This document shows positions 40,451-51,505 of a DNA stretch of 64,000 bases, piece by piece. Numbering within the stretch: the first letter of the stretch is position 1; every line of letters begins with the position of its first letter. Under the pieces are notes generated by a model. The model made no database searches, was not told where the DNA came from, and saw only the letters and a list, made by a program, of their open reading frames with translations. A program made the translations under genes and the position numbers. The DNA is from Phycisphaerae bacterium (GTDB lineage Bacteria > Planctomycetota > Phycisphaerae > UBA1845), in assembly GCA_963666835.2 (NCBI GenBank), contig CAXXGO010000003.1:681980-745979 (forward strand), written 5' to 3'.

Positions 40451-40897
40451 CTACGCCAGGTTGGATGACATTTCCCACAGGGTATGTTCGAACGTGTACG
40501 GACCGTCGATGCCCATCTTCCTTGCTGCGATCACTTGCCCCTGCTCCTCCGCCGTCCTTCTGAGAGCCTCCGCCAAACCGTCAAGCGGCACGGCTTCCCG
40601 TCCCAGCATGACCGGGACATCCCATACCCCGGGCGAATCGGAGTCGCATTCGGCGGCGGCACACTTGATATCGAGTACACGGGTCCAGTCGCCCCGGAGG
40701 GTCACGGCGGTCATGATGCTGATGGTAACCCGTTTGAACGGACGCTCCGGAGCCCCAGCACACACGCAAATGACGCGATCGCCCTGGTCATGCCTGAGGT
40801 GCATTCTCGCCGACAGGACCGCCAGTCCAGCCTCTCGGCAGGCTGCTACGATTCGCCGTTTGGCATCTTCGGCTGGTTCTCGACCCGCTCGCGTCAT
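40451..40897 (-). CDS. Hypothetical protein
   Basis: Plausible protein composition; no recognised motif. Confidence 0.45.
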   Translation of the reverse strand: MTRAGREPAEDAKRRIVAACREAGLAVLSARMHLRHDQGDRVICVCAGAPERPFKRVTISIMTAVTLRGDWTRVLDIKCAAAECDSDSPGVWDVPVMLGREAVPLDGLAEALRRTAEEQGQVIAARKMGIDGPYTFEHTLWEMSSNLA

Positions 40898-41294
40898 GGG
40901 CACGATCCTACCGCCTCGCCCGTCGCCGTTGAAGCCTCTAGCGCAGCCCGCAACATCGCTTGGTCGTGTCGGTTTGTTGAGCTGCTTGTATGCCCTGGCG
41001 CACCGCGGAATCGGCGTGGAATAAAGTGGATTGTCCTCGTCTGAGCCGAGGTATCGACTCGGCAGGATGGGGATGCGGCTGGCGTTATATGGTGGCCGCT
41101 GGAGACCACGGGGTCCTCGACTCTCACGCTAACAAACCGATCGGTTACGAATGTCCGAACCAGACCACGCTACGGTACGCCACATAGCTGCATTCTGGCG
41201 ACAAACGTACAATGCTAGCGCCGCAGCTACGTCGTGTGTCGGTGAGAATGCCAGACCGCGTGTTTAACTATTTAGAGCCGGGAACGATTCACCC

Positions 41295-41657
41295 TCATTC
41301 GCCAGGATAGGTGATCCGACTCCAATCAGGCGCCGTCAACACGTCCTTATACGAGTCCATACCCTCCAGTCCTCGAACTCTGAGGACTCGACCAGCAAGC
41401 TTGGGCTGGTCGAGGATCAACTGACGAAAGGCGTCGCGCCAGAACCCGAAATCACGAGCCCGCTCGTTGCCTGTCACGACGCCCGTCCGCCAAGCCATGA
41501 ACCGTACGACGGCTTCCGCTGGGTCGGTCCCGAAAGTCCTGGTCGGCTTGGCTGCGGCATAGAACCGCCCATCAGGTCGCTGCTTCAACCCTTCAATGAC
41601 GTGCCCCTGATAGACGAAGCTCGATACATTCCGGTATTTGTTGGGGCGACTTCCCAT
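41295..41657 (-). CDS. Small protein resembling the N-terminal region of the nearby integrase
   Basis: IEGLKQRPDGRFY and FRQLILDQPKLAGRVLRVRGL parallel VAGLRHHKSSGRYY and FRDQLSDPATRAEFADMVGVPEL in the integrase. Confidence 0.6.
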   Translation of the reverse strand: MGSRPNKYRNVSSFVYQGHVIEGLKQRPDGRFYAAAKPTRTFGTDPAEAVVRFMAWRTGVVTGNERARDFGFWRDAFRQLILDQPKLAGRVLRVRGLEGMDSYKDVLTAPDWSRITYPGE

Positions 41658-41663
41658 TCTCCC

Positions 41664-41764
41664 ATGAGAACTACCCGCCCTTTTTTTGTCAAGAGTTTGT
41701 CATTTTCGAGTTTTTTCGCCGTATCTTGGTCGTTTTTCGTGCACTTTTTGTCAAGGTTTTGTCA
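41664..41764 (-). promoter_or_regulatory. Sigma-70-like promoter and duplicated 20-mer in divergent intergenic region
   Basis: Minus strand TTGACA-N17-TCTCAT lies 6 nt before the ATG at 41657. TTTTTGTCAAGnnTTTGTCA occurs at 41683-41702 and 41745-41764. Confidence 0.45.
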
Positions 41765-42020
41765 CTCCGGAGACAGAACCGGCTCTCCAGGTGCTCCCAG
41801 TGCTGCAAGCTGAACATCAGCCTCTCTCCGAAATAAGTGCCAGTGTCACTTGACATTCTGAGTAGGTGAGGTACACTCTCTTTGGTCACGTTGGGAGCAG
41901 GCATACGCTCCTGCGATTCGACCAGCGGCTTTCTCGAAAGCCGGATTCGGATACCCGGTTCGCAAAGCTGGTGAGTGCCAGCTCGGGAAGAACGTACGTC
42001 TAGTCAGAAAGGAAAACAGA

Positions 42021-42680
42021 ATGGCAATCGAACTCACAACCTATCAGATTCCAGATGAAGGGCAGGACATCGAGATCTACCTAGAGGCGTTGCTCGGATT
42101 CAAGGACATCGCGACCGGTTTTTCGCGGTCGCTCGGTCGCGTCTCGTGGATTCAGGGACAGATCCTCCTGCGGGCTGGAGAGCAGTGCAAGAATAAGGGT
42201 GATTGGACAGCATTCCTTGCCTCTGTGGGCATGAAGAAGGAAACCGCGTACCTACTTCGTCGAATCGCGACCGACATCGTCCCGGAGAAGCAGGACCTTG
42301 AGTACAGCGAAATGCTGGCGATCGTGTTTCCGAATTCCTACGGGAAGCACCTGCGCGACAAGGCGGGCAGCGAGACCTTCGGCACGCCGAACACGGCAAG
42401 CCCAAGGCCGTCCACCGCGTCGAGGACGGGACAGACGGTAGACAAGGTCTACTCCCGCCTCGCGTCGGTCAAGAACTCGATTCAGAAGATCGCGGATCGA
42501 GAGTTCATTGACAGCAAGCTCAGCCCGGATCAGGTCTTACTCAAGTACGCCCAAGCCCTTGAAGTCATCGACGTTTGCCAAGAGGAGCTGGGAAAACTCG
42601 CCGCGACTCTGAAGACCCGCAAGCAGGCGTTCTCCGTCGTGTCGGAATCTGTCAGCGAGCCGAGAAAGGCGGCCGCGTGA
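42021..42680 (+). CDS. DUF3102-like mobile-element protein
   Basis: G..LL.A...C...GDW..FL...GM...TAY.L.RIA pattern; AGGA RBS; TGATG coupling to the next gene. Confidence 0.55.
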   Translation: MAIELTTYQIPDEGQDIEIYLEALLGFKDIATGFSRSLGRVSWIQGQILLRAGEQCKNKGDWTAFLASVGMKKETAYLLRRIATDIVPEKQDLEYSEMLAIVFPNSYGKHLRDKAGSETFGTPNTASPRPSTASRTGQTVDKVYSRLASVKNSIQKIADREFIDSKLSPDQVLLKYAQALEVIDVCQEELGKLAATLKTRKQAFSVVSESVSEPRKAAA

Positions 42681-43471
42681 TGCTACTCCGGTACTTCGGC
42701 GCCAAAAAGAAGACGGGGCGGGATATCATGACCTACGCCCCGTCTTCCTTCGGCCACTATGTCGAGCCGTTCTGTGGGTCCGCAAGCATGCTCTGGCATG
42801 TACCAACGTCCGTCGATCGCTGGATTAACGACGCCAATCCTGACGTCGTCCGTTTTCATCTTGCGTTGCGGGACGATGCTGATTTCCTCGATAACCTCTT
42901 CGAGTACGCCAGATTGCGGACCGCCACGGACCTTCGTAACGCCTTCTATCGAGCCAAGTGGACGTGGCACGAGACCGGGTGTCCGGTCTCGTACTGGCTG
43001 CTGAACAGGTATGGTCATGGTCGCTTGGTTCGCCGTAGCCGTAGCGATTTGGCGAGCTTCGACGCCCTGTACTTGGTTCCGGGCATGAGATTCCCATATT
43101 CTCGCGAGGAAGCGGAACGGGCTCGCGAGATCATGCAGGGAGTCAAGATCACTCATCTCGACTTCCGTGAAGTCCTGCGGCAGGCCCCGGATGACTCGTT
43201 CTCCTTCATCGATCCTCCGTACCATATCGACGAGAATCTCTACGATTGCCAAATGACGCTCGACGACCATCACGACTTGCGGGATAGCCTCCAGGCACTT
43301 CCCAGCCCGTTCTTCATGACAATCGGTCTTAATGAGCTTTCCTATCGACTGTACTTGCGGGAGAGCCACGGCTTCGACATACGAGAGCACCGGTACTCAA
43401 CCATGAACCTGCTCAAGGGCGGCTCGCTTCCTTCCGTCGAGTTGTATATTCGGAACTATCTAAATTCTTAG
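42680..43471 (+). CDS. Dam-like (D12 class) N6-adenine DNA methyltransferase
   Basis: LRYFGAK, YVEPFCGSAS (motif I), INDAN, FIDPPY (motif IV). Confidence 0.92.
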   Translation: MLLRYFGAKKKTGRDIMTYAPSSFGHYVEPFCGSASMLWHVPTSVDRWINDANPDVVRFHLALRDDADFLDNLFEYARLRTATDLRNAFYRAKWTWHETGCPVSYWLLNRYGHGRLVRRSRSDLASFDALYLVPGMRFPYSREEAERAREIMQGVKITHLDFREVLRQAPDDSFSFIDPPYHIDENLYDCQMTLDDHHDLRDSLQALPSPFFMTIGLNELSYRLYLRESHGFDIREHRYSTMNLLKGGSLPSVELYIRNYLNS

Positions 43472-43487
43472 ATGGAAAGGACCCACG

Positions 43488-44288
43488 ATGATTGATACGA
43501 CCCAAATCCGTCAGAAGCTGGACCGTCGAGAGTTCTTTCTCCGCAAGTTCCGGGACGCAGACCGCCAATCGGCGGACCCGAAAATCAAGGCGATGTTGTC
43601 GATTGACGAAAAAGTCGGCTCCAAGGAGCTTGTACGGGCATGGAATCTCCCCCTCGACAGAACATGTTGTGCCAAGCCGGACACGATCGCCAGCTCGACC
43701 TGTCGAGCCATCTGCTATTGCCATAATCAAATCAAGGACCGGAAGCATATCTATCCCGCTCAGTTGCGTGGTTTGGCTATCGCAGAGCGTGCCGACTTCG
43801 CGGACATCATGATCGGAGCCATCCATGCCTCCGCTGTTCCAAACTTCCGGGTTCATTCCTTCGGCGACTTCTTCTCGCTGTCCTACATTGAGGCATGGAC
43901 TAACATCGTCGAGGAATGTGATGGCGTCGCTTTTCTCGTGTACACCCGGGGGTGGCGGGTTCCTGATTGGATTCCTGCGTTGACCCGCTTGGCAATGCTG
44001 CCAAACATGCACCTGCTACTCTCGTTTGATCGAGATACGGGCATCCCACCCGTGATTCCTGGCACCGCGATTGCGTGGCTCGCTGCCACCGACAACGACC
44101 TTCCGCCAGTCAAAGCCCATGTCGTCTTCCGTGGAACAGCGGAAAGAACACCTGACCGACCACCGAACAGACGCTACTACCCTCTCACCCGCATCGGTAG
44201 CTCGTTGGTCTGTCCGCACGACAACGGGCAGCCGCGAACTGCCGACTGCGTTGGCTGCCGTCACTGCTTCTTCAAAGGCCACACCTAG
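43488..44288 (+). CDS. GP88-family Cys-rich (radical-SAM-like) protein
   Basis: NLP...TCC...STCRAICY, FRVHSFGDFFS..Y..AW, F.VYTR, N..L..S.DRD, CP..N...C..CR.C, as in mycobacteriophage gp88-like proteins. Confidence 0.75.
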   Translation: MIDTTQIRQKLDRREFFLRKFRDADRQSADPKIKAMLSIDEKVGSKELVRAWNLPLDRTCCAKPDTIASSTCRAICYCHNQIKDRKHIYPAQLRGLAIAERADFADIMIGAIHASAVPNFRVHSFGDFFSLSYIEAWTNIVEECDGVAFLVYTRGWRVPDWIPALTRLAMLPNMHLLLSFDRDTGIPPVIPGTAIAWLAATDNDLPPVKAHVVFRGTAERTPDRPPNRRYYPLTRIGSSLVCPHDNGQPRTADCVGCRHCFFKGHT

Positions 44289-44407
44289 TCCATCTCCTCT
44301 CCGAGTTCCTCCGAAGTACGGTTTGCGCCTCTGCAACGGATATCGCATGCTCTATTAGGGGTATGGAGAGACGGTTCTCCATCCATCTTTGTGCGAAAGG
44401 AGACGCT

Positions 44408-44731
44408 ATGTCACAAAGACAATCACGCCGTCGTGGACGCAAGCGCCAGGAAGCCCAACACGCCTCGATTAGCCAACTGAAGAGAGAGACGGTCTGCTGC
44501 CCGGCTTGTTCTGCTCAGATGCGGCTTACCTTTGGCCCATTCGGCCCGTTCTTCGGCTGCTCGACCTATCCATTATGCAAAGGCACTCGTTCTGTCCCCA
44601 ACGGACGCGATCTACTACGTTTTGAAAAGGCGGCTCTACCTCAGATACTCCAACAGCCGCTCGTTCCAGAGGAGCTCCTCTTCAATCCACACGCGCCATC
44701 GTGGGTGTGGTATGAGATACATGACATCTGA
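44408..44731 (+). CDS. Topoisomerase-type C4 zinc-ribbon protein
   Basis: AAGGAG RBS; CPACSAQMRL..GPFGPFFGCSTYPLCKGTR. Confidence 0.8.
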   Translation: MSQRQSRRRGRKRQEAQHASISQLKRETVCCPACSAQMRLTFGPFGPFFGCSTYPLCKGTRSVPNGRDLLRFEKAALPQILQQPLVPEELLFNPHAPSWVWYEIHDI

Positions 44732-45060
44732 CCCGCGCCCGTAGCCACGACTATTCGGCTCCTCCACAATACCACCCAACGTCCGCCGCGGCTGTCCCAC
44801 CACACCTGCTTCGCCTGAGCCGCATATGCTCTCACTCCCCAAAGACGTGCATGGCCCCAGAGTAGCATGTCAGCGGCCGCCACGACGCCTTCATTAGCCA
44901 TAATACTCACGGCTCGCATTTTTGTGGAGGCGCCCGCATATGAATAGTGTAACACTATATATAGAGGCATCGGCCCGCAGATACGCCGCACGCTCAAGTG
45001 CGGTCTGGCACCCTGCGAAACCATGCCCGTACTGATTCTCTTTACCGAAGGAGACTATCG

Positions 45061-45228
45061 ATGGAAACACTGAATGAATTTCGCGAAAGACTGCGCATGA
45101 TACATGCCGTCTACCTCGACCAGATTGCCCTGGCGATGACAGTAGCTACAAACGTCCTCAACGACGACGAATTCTGGGAGTTGGAGGACTGGATGATCCA
45201 GGAAGGTGTATGTACGTTACCAACGTAA
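45061..45228 (+). CDS. Small acidic hypothetical protein (55 aa)
   Basis: Strong AAGGAG RBS; helical composition. Confidence 0.5.
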   Translation: METLNEFRERLRMIHAVYLDQIALAMTVATNVLNDDEFWELEDWMIQEGVCTLPT

Positions 45229-45959
45229 CCTCGTTTTCGGTTAATTGCGTTGCTCGATCCTGCTTCAGAAAGGCACCGCAACGGCATTTTGAAACAGGCT
45301 GGCATCGCGATGTGGACCCGCTGCGCGTTCCCCGGAATTCTGTGTCCATGCAGAGTTTTCGATGTCGACCTTCCGCATCAGAACCACGCATCTGCCCATG
45401 GGTTATTGGCGTTTAACGTCGCGTATGCGGGTTCAGGCGGCAAATGGTGCCGTTGGTTAGAGAATCACATGCGGAGAATACGGAGAATTTTGCATTAGTC
45501 GCAGAATGTCCAAGGAGTTACGTCAGAAGCATTGTATAATATATTGCAGGAAACGCGGATCGTGTGACCGATTAGCTTGAACAACCCAAACACATAGATA
45601 CCTGCATCCGGCGCTCCACGTTGGATTATTAAACCGCGGCACACGATCCCCCTGGGTTTTATATATGGATTGTGACCAAACATACTACCAGTCATTTCTG
45701 AGGCCCGCAGATCCTCACCGTTTCGCGACCGAGATCGTCGCCTTGCCACGCCAAAAAGAAACGATCTACAGGGCGAACACGAATGACGAGATAGATACTG
45801 GCTACAAACTCGGCTGGATGGGGCAGCGGATGTCGCTCAAGCGACTGGACTCGCATGGATGGAGCAACGGCAGGCAAACCGGGACCCCCTACAACGCCTT
45901 CAGAAACTCGATTCAGCGCAGCGACCATTCCAGGATCGCCAAGAAGTGGTTCTTCTCGC

Positions 45960-47217
45960 CCACTTGATGGCAACGATGTTCTCCGCTCCTGCCGATGTTC
46001 GGAACAAGTCACGAATCCCATCGAAGACGACGCTGCCGTCCAGTCCGGCAGCTTTCCGCAAACGCCTGATCTTGTCTGTGATCTTGCCAATCTTCAACGG
46101 ACGGTTGAGCCTGCCCTTCTGGTCCGTCTTGGTCGTCGTGAACAGCAGTGGAGACTGGTTGGTCTTGAAATGCGGCGTCGCCATGTACGCCTTGATGGCA
46201 TCAGCTGTCCGCTGCCAGACGGCTGCAACTCGCGTAACGCCGGTTTTGGTTCGATGGCTCTGAAAGACCAAGTCCTGTAGATCAAACTCCGACGTCTCCA
46301 GGGCTGCCATCTCGGACGGGTGCAGGGCGAGATTCAGGCTCACAATCAGGATTGCTTTCCACATCAGGTCCTCGTTGGCTTCGCATTGCTCCAGCAGTCT
46401 CAGATAGGCTGCCTTCTTCATCGGCCTGGGCGACGGCTGCTTCTGCGTCTCCCAGGAGCAGATACGTCTGATCTCCGATCGCAGGTCCTCGATCAGCACC
46501 CGATGGTGCCTGAAGATGTCTGCCCCGTACTTGAGGATCGACTGCGTCGTGAGAATGACGTTCTTCTGGGTACGCGGCTCCCCTGCCTCTCGGACAGCCT
46601 TGTTGAATCGCTGAAGGTGCGTTGAATCGATGTCGTCGATGACGTTGACGCCAACGGCTTCTGCAAAACAGCTTCCAACACCACTCGGCATCCAGATACT
46701 GACGGTTGTGCTTGAAGGTTTTTCCCCGGATGTAGTTCTCGATGACATCGGTCAATGGTAGCGGCTTGGCGACGGGCGGAAGGCCCGTCAGGTTCTTCAA
46801 CTCCGGCACGCCAACCATATCCGCAAACTCGGCTCGCGTTGCCGGGTCGCTGAGCTGGTCTCGAAAGTAGGCTGCCATGTCCTCCTTGCCGACCTGGTAG
46901 ACATTCACCGCTCGCCCATCCTTGTCGAACGTCCCGATCACCGGAATCTCCTGACCGAATTCATCGTGGGCGGGGTGACGGGCAATCACCTCTACGTGAT
47001 CCTCAGGCTCCAGACCCCGCCATGCAGCATTCGTGCTCGTAGATAACCGCTCGTCTGAGGTAGGCGATCCCCTTCTTGCCATCCCGCCTGTAGTAGACTC
47101 GGTCCTTCTTGTTCTCGATGCGGTAGTAACGACCCGGATGACTTGTGGTGACGAAGCCCAGCAACCGGGCTGATCGGTGTCCGGATGGCGGACGAATTCG
47201 GACAGGTCTCCGTCCAC
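45960..47217 (-). pseudogene. Tyrosine recombinase/integrase, frameshifted and apparently C-terminally truncated
   Basis: Stitched across ~4 frameshifts: ..WKAILIVSLNLALHPSEMAAL, HRTKTGVTRVAAVW, FDGIRDLFRT. No (L/M)GH..Y segment follows AIKWA. Confidence 0.75.
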
Positions 47218-47719
47218 CCCCCACGCTTGCCGGTTCTGAGTAACACCCAGGTCCTGCGCAGATTGCGCTTGCTCGTAACCCTAGCAGACAGCCGGGGTTA
47301 CGGCAAAAAACCGGCCAAAGTCAAACCTGCGCGGCGCAAGTCGAAACGGGGGGTGAGTCAAGGTTCTGCGCTGGTTGCGTTTGCGCGTAAGTCGTTGTGG
47401 ATCCGTGGGGTTACGGCGCGAGCGCAGAACCTGGAGAAAGCGCAATGCGCAAGGGCAAACGCAAAGTTCGGGGACTCCGGTTATGCTTGCCGACACAGAC
47501 GCGGCTGGGTACTCTGGGCGAGCCATGAAAGGAGGTGATGCTCTTGAAAAGCATATTGAGCATCGCCGAAAAACAACCCCATCGCGGGGATAACCACGAC
47601 CCTCCGGCGGAAGCGCGGGCGAGTAAGCGCAAGAGGGAACTAAGACGTGGTATCGCAGCATGGCAAGGCAAGGGCCCTGGCCACCTCGTCGTAGCCAGGG
47701 CAGTTCTTTGCGCCAGACT

Positions 47720-49020
47720 TCACCGGTACCGGTCTTCCGGGTATGGGGAGAGTGGGCAAGTCAGCGGATCGTGCGGGGCGTCATCGGGGACGGGGGAGGC
47801 GGGTCCAGGCAAGGACTGAAGATGGGCGTCTCTCAGGCTATACCACTTCTTGTAGTCCGGCTCGTCGACGGCACCGTGATCCAGAGCCCATTGCACGAAT
47901 TCCTCGTTGCTCCTGAGGCGATGGACGTTTGCCGACGCGACCGTTCTGGGGAATCGACTCACGCCGGTGAGGTTCGCCCGGCCGAGGTTCGCCCAGGCGA
48001 GGTCCGCCCAGGCGAGGTCCGCCCCGGTGAGGTCCACGTCGAAGAGTTCCGCCCCGGTGAGGTTCGCCCCGGTGAGGTTCGCCCCGGTGAGGTTCGCCGA
48101 GAAGAGTACCGCCACCCGTGAGGTTCGCCTCCACGAGTTTCGCATTCATGAGTCCTCGCACCGATGAGGTTCGCCCCGGTGAGGTTCGCCCCGGCCGAGG
48201 GTTCGCCCCGGTGAGTTTCGCCGTGAAGAGTTTCGCCCCGGTGAGTTTCGCCCTGGTGAGTTTCGCCGTGACGAGTTTCGCCTGGGTGAGGTTCGCCTCG
48301 GTGAGGTTCGCCTCGGTGAGGTTCGCGCTGGCGAGGTTGGCATTGGTCAATGCCGCGCCGTCTAGTCGGGCTTCGCTGAAGTCAACGTTGCTGAAGTCCT
48401 CGTCCGCAATCGCGACATCGGTGAGCCAAGCTCTGCGGAGGTCGATCTTGCCGTCGACAAGAAGTGGCTGCACTTCGCACTCGCCATCCGCACAATCCTC
48501 GATGGCCTCGCGTTCGCCTCTGAGGTGCTCCCGGACTGCTTGGGAGCGGATTGGAACCACGTGCTTTGGGATTGTCTCACCGTTCTCATCCGTCGTGGAT
48601 TCGTAGAGGATCTGCAGGAGTTCGGTGCGGCGTTCGCGTTGGAGGCGGCCCGTCTTGGCGGTTGAATTGGTCGCGGGCCAGGGCGAGATGGTCCCGAGAG
48701 AGTCTGGCTTGCTCGGCAAACTGCGTTTGCGTCTCGGTGAACTCCATGCGAGCCTGTTTGAGCTGCTCTTGGGTTTGCCAGCCTTGCACAAGCAGCACCA
48801 CGGTGCCCACGACCACGCAGGTGATTTCGATGGTGTGGCGGGATGGCGGCCAGCGCCACCAAGATATGGGGGCAACGACGGGCGGGGCTGACTGCGAGCC
48901 GTCGCCCTGCTTGCCGGAAGCGAGGGCATTAGGGTCTTGAGGCGGGATGGAGTCCGACTGCCTCTTGGCCCCCTTGCCCTGCTTAGGTTCCTTACGCGGC
49001 TTGGGGCATTTGTTCCCCAT
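47720..49020 (-). pseudogene. Membrane-anchored pentapeptide-repeat protein (several frameshifts)
   Basis: One TM segment, coiled coil, RRTELLQILY, then A(N/D/K)LXX repeats spread across ORFs 48586-49086, 47838-48929 and 47720-48145. Confidence 0.7.
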
Positions 49021-49141
49021 GGCTATCTCCGTTGGTGACTTGGGGGGGCTGTTCCGGGGTCGCCACTTATAGGGCAACTCCAACATCCACAGTGTAGCAG
49101 AGGAACCGGGAGGGGGCGATTATACGTTTGGGGGAGGATTG

Positions 49142-50448
49142 TCATCGGGGGAGGCGCTCCGGGATGGAGAGTTTGCGGAGGCCGTTGCGGCGGTTGTTGC
49201 GGAGTTCGTGGAGGAGCATTTGGGTCTTGCGGGTGTTGGCCTGTTGGGGGGTCGCGCGGGGGTGGTCTTTGAGCCAGGCGTCAACCTTGAAGTCGATGTT
49301 GTGGCGGGTCGTTTCGGGCATGGCGGACCACCAGACGGGGAAGGTGGCGACGGCGCGGGTGCGGGCGCCACGATCGCGGCGGGCGTCGAGGAGCATTGAC
49401 CGGTAACCCTCCGGGAGCGTGGCGAGGGGACTCGGCGAGGGTCTGGGGCTCTTGGTTGCACGCCAGGGCGGGCGGGTCGGAAAGGGTCGACAGGGCCTGG
49501 GCGTCGGCGAGGAAGGCGGGGGACGTGGCGCGGGGCCCCTTGCGGGGTTTGCTTGGGCAGGCTGGAAGCCTGCGCTACGGGGGCCGGGTCGGCCGGCGGG
49601 GCGAGGGAGCGGAGGGCGGCGAGGTTGGCGCGGTTGCGGGTCTGGCTCCGGCGGGCTTTTGGGGCAGCGGGGACGGCCGCGGAACCGGGATATGAGCGTA
49701 CGGCGCGAAGGTGGTCGGCGTCGTTGCACGCCCGGATCAACCAGCGTTCGAAGTCGTATCGAACCCACCTCGAGAAGGCTTTGAACGGCATTCGAGAGCG
49801 GTCGCAAGGCCACGCGAAATAGCAGTCGATGGCGCCGATGACGTTGGCGCGATCGTGGGTCGCCAGGAGCTTCAGAGCGGTCGACATCATGCGGGTGTCG
49901 ACCTTGGGGCAGTTGGCGATACGGAAGCACCACCAGGCGCAGACTAAGGCGGCGTCGGATGCGGCAGCGGCGGTGCAAGAGAGCGTGCCGCGCGGGGGGT
50001 TTGGTGTAGTGGTCGCGCAGGGCGGCGGTGCCGCCCAGGTCTTGGTTGTTGGCCCATACCCGCACCGAGCTGGGCGATACGCTGAACTCGGCGGCGACGG
50101 TGGCTAGGTGGGTCCGCTGGGGCCGCGGACGGGTCGGCGGCGGTGAGCTGGCGGAGACGTTCTACCGCCGCTTGGCGGCGCTCTTGTCGAGTGAGGGTTG
50201 CGGGGTCGGGCGTGGGGGATGGTGCGTCCGCCCCCCTTGAAAGGGGGGGCTCGGGCACGGGGGGGAGTTGTTGGCGGAGCGCCGTCGAAAGGTGGAGCGG
50301 GGTCGGTGCGGAGGTAGTTGAGGGGGACGGGGTCGCGATTGTACGCGGCCGGGAACTCGATGCGGCCGGTGACGCGCGGACCCCTACGGGTCGCGTGGAT
50401 GGTGACGCCGGCGTGTTCGAGGGCACGGGTTGGGGTGGATGAAGACAT
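49142..50448 (-). pseudogene. Proline-rich HTH-containing protein (frameshifted)
   Basis: ATG overlaps the upstream stop (TGATG at 50450-50446); HTH-like ATVAAEFSVSPSSVRVW; continues in ORFs 49120-49890 and 49142-50065. Confidence 0.45.
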
Positions 50449-51473
50449 CAGCTTCGCCGGGCGACCTTGTTTGCGAGGATCGAAATGAGAAGACCTAGGT
50501 TTACATAACCGAGGATTACCTCCAGAGTAACCCAGAATTCGCCCCAACCTGTCGCGGGGGTGACATCCCCGAAGCCCAGCGTCGTAAAGGTAACAATGGA
50601 GTAGTAGAAGGGCGTGTACGGCGTGTTGGCACTTCCCGACATATTGAGGAGATCAGGGGTTGTATTGGAAGATGATCCCGAAGATCGACGCGAGAACGAA
50701 ACCCGCGAAACCAACTCGGAAGAGGCTCCGGCCGCAGTCGGTGAGTAAGTGCCATAGACCATACAACACGTGCCGGTGCCACCAGGACTGGTCACGGAAT
50801 GCTTGGATCCAGTCCTGGTCCTGAGCGTCGCGTTTGAAGAGCGGATTGCCCCCGGCAGGCGTCAAGACGGATACCGAGGCAATGCATGGTCCGGGCCTTG
50901 TATCTGACACGAAACACGTTCGCGTCTGTCAGATCCGCCCCCCTGGAGGACTGCACTGGTCAGGTTGGCGAATCCCAGATCAGCCGCCTTGAGGTTTGCC
51001 CATGCGAGTTTTGCCTGCCCCAAGTGCGAGAACCTCAGATCGGCCCCCTGCAGGTTGGCGTACCTCAGGTCGGCCCGGAGAAGGCCAGCTCCGAGCAGAT
51101 GGGCTCCCGATAGATCGGCTTTCCACAGTGTGGCGTCGTCCAGGCGGATCCCTGCTATCGAGATCTTCTTCGCATAGGGACCCGGATCCTCTGCCTCCGA
51201 CAGGGTCCCCAGCAAGACAGCACCCCTAAGGTCGGCACAACTGAGATCAGCCTTGCTGAGGTTGGTCCCCGCCAAGTTGGCCTCCTTCAATTGGGCGTGT
51301 GATAGGTTAGCCTCGCTCAGGTCGAGTCCCCGTAGGTCGGCGCCAACGAGATCCAGAATAACGTCAGGCTTGAGTGTTGCGTGGACACTCCCGTTTGCGT
51401 GGTTCTTCACCCTCCAGGCGGCGATGGCTTCGGTTCCTTGTTTGACGAGTGCAACGTGCTCTACATTGGCCAT
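50448..51473 (-). CDS. Pentapeptide-repeat protein fused to a 2-TM potassium-channel pore (frameshifted in this assembly)
   Basis: GGAGG RBS; MANVEHVALVKQG; pentapeptide repeats; TM1 RVGFAGFVLASIFGIIF; pore YYSIVTFTTLGFGDVTP; TM2 EVILGYVNLGLLISILANK. Confidence 0.82.
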
Positions 51474-51505
51474 GGGGACCTCCGTATCGGGATGGGGTGA
51501 GGGTG

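Noticed and set aside
42680..44288. Classical type II restriction-modification pair
   Set aside because: The partner gene has GP88-type Cys motifs and no recognisable PD-(D/E)xK, HNH or GIY-YIG signature.
47440..47500. GGCAAAC..GCAAAG resembling a c-di-GMP-I riboswitch
   Set aside because: The GNRA-capped stem between the two motifs is missing.
47527..47539. Reverse complement of the 16S rRNA 3' end
   Set aside because: The match stops after 13 nt; this is a Shine-Dalgarno sequence, not rRNA.
47965..48335. GGTGAGGTTCGCCCC repeats that might be a CRISPR array or minisatellite
   Set aside because: The 15-nt period has no spacers and encodes A(N/K)LT(G/E) pentapeptide repeats; no cas genes are present.
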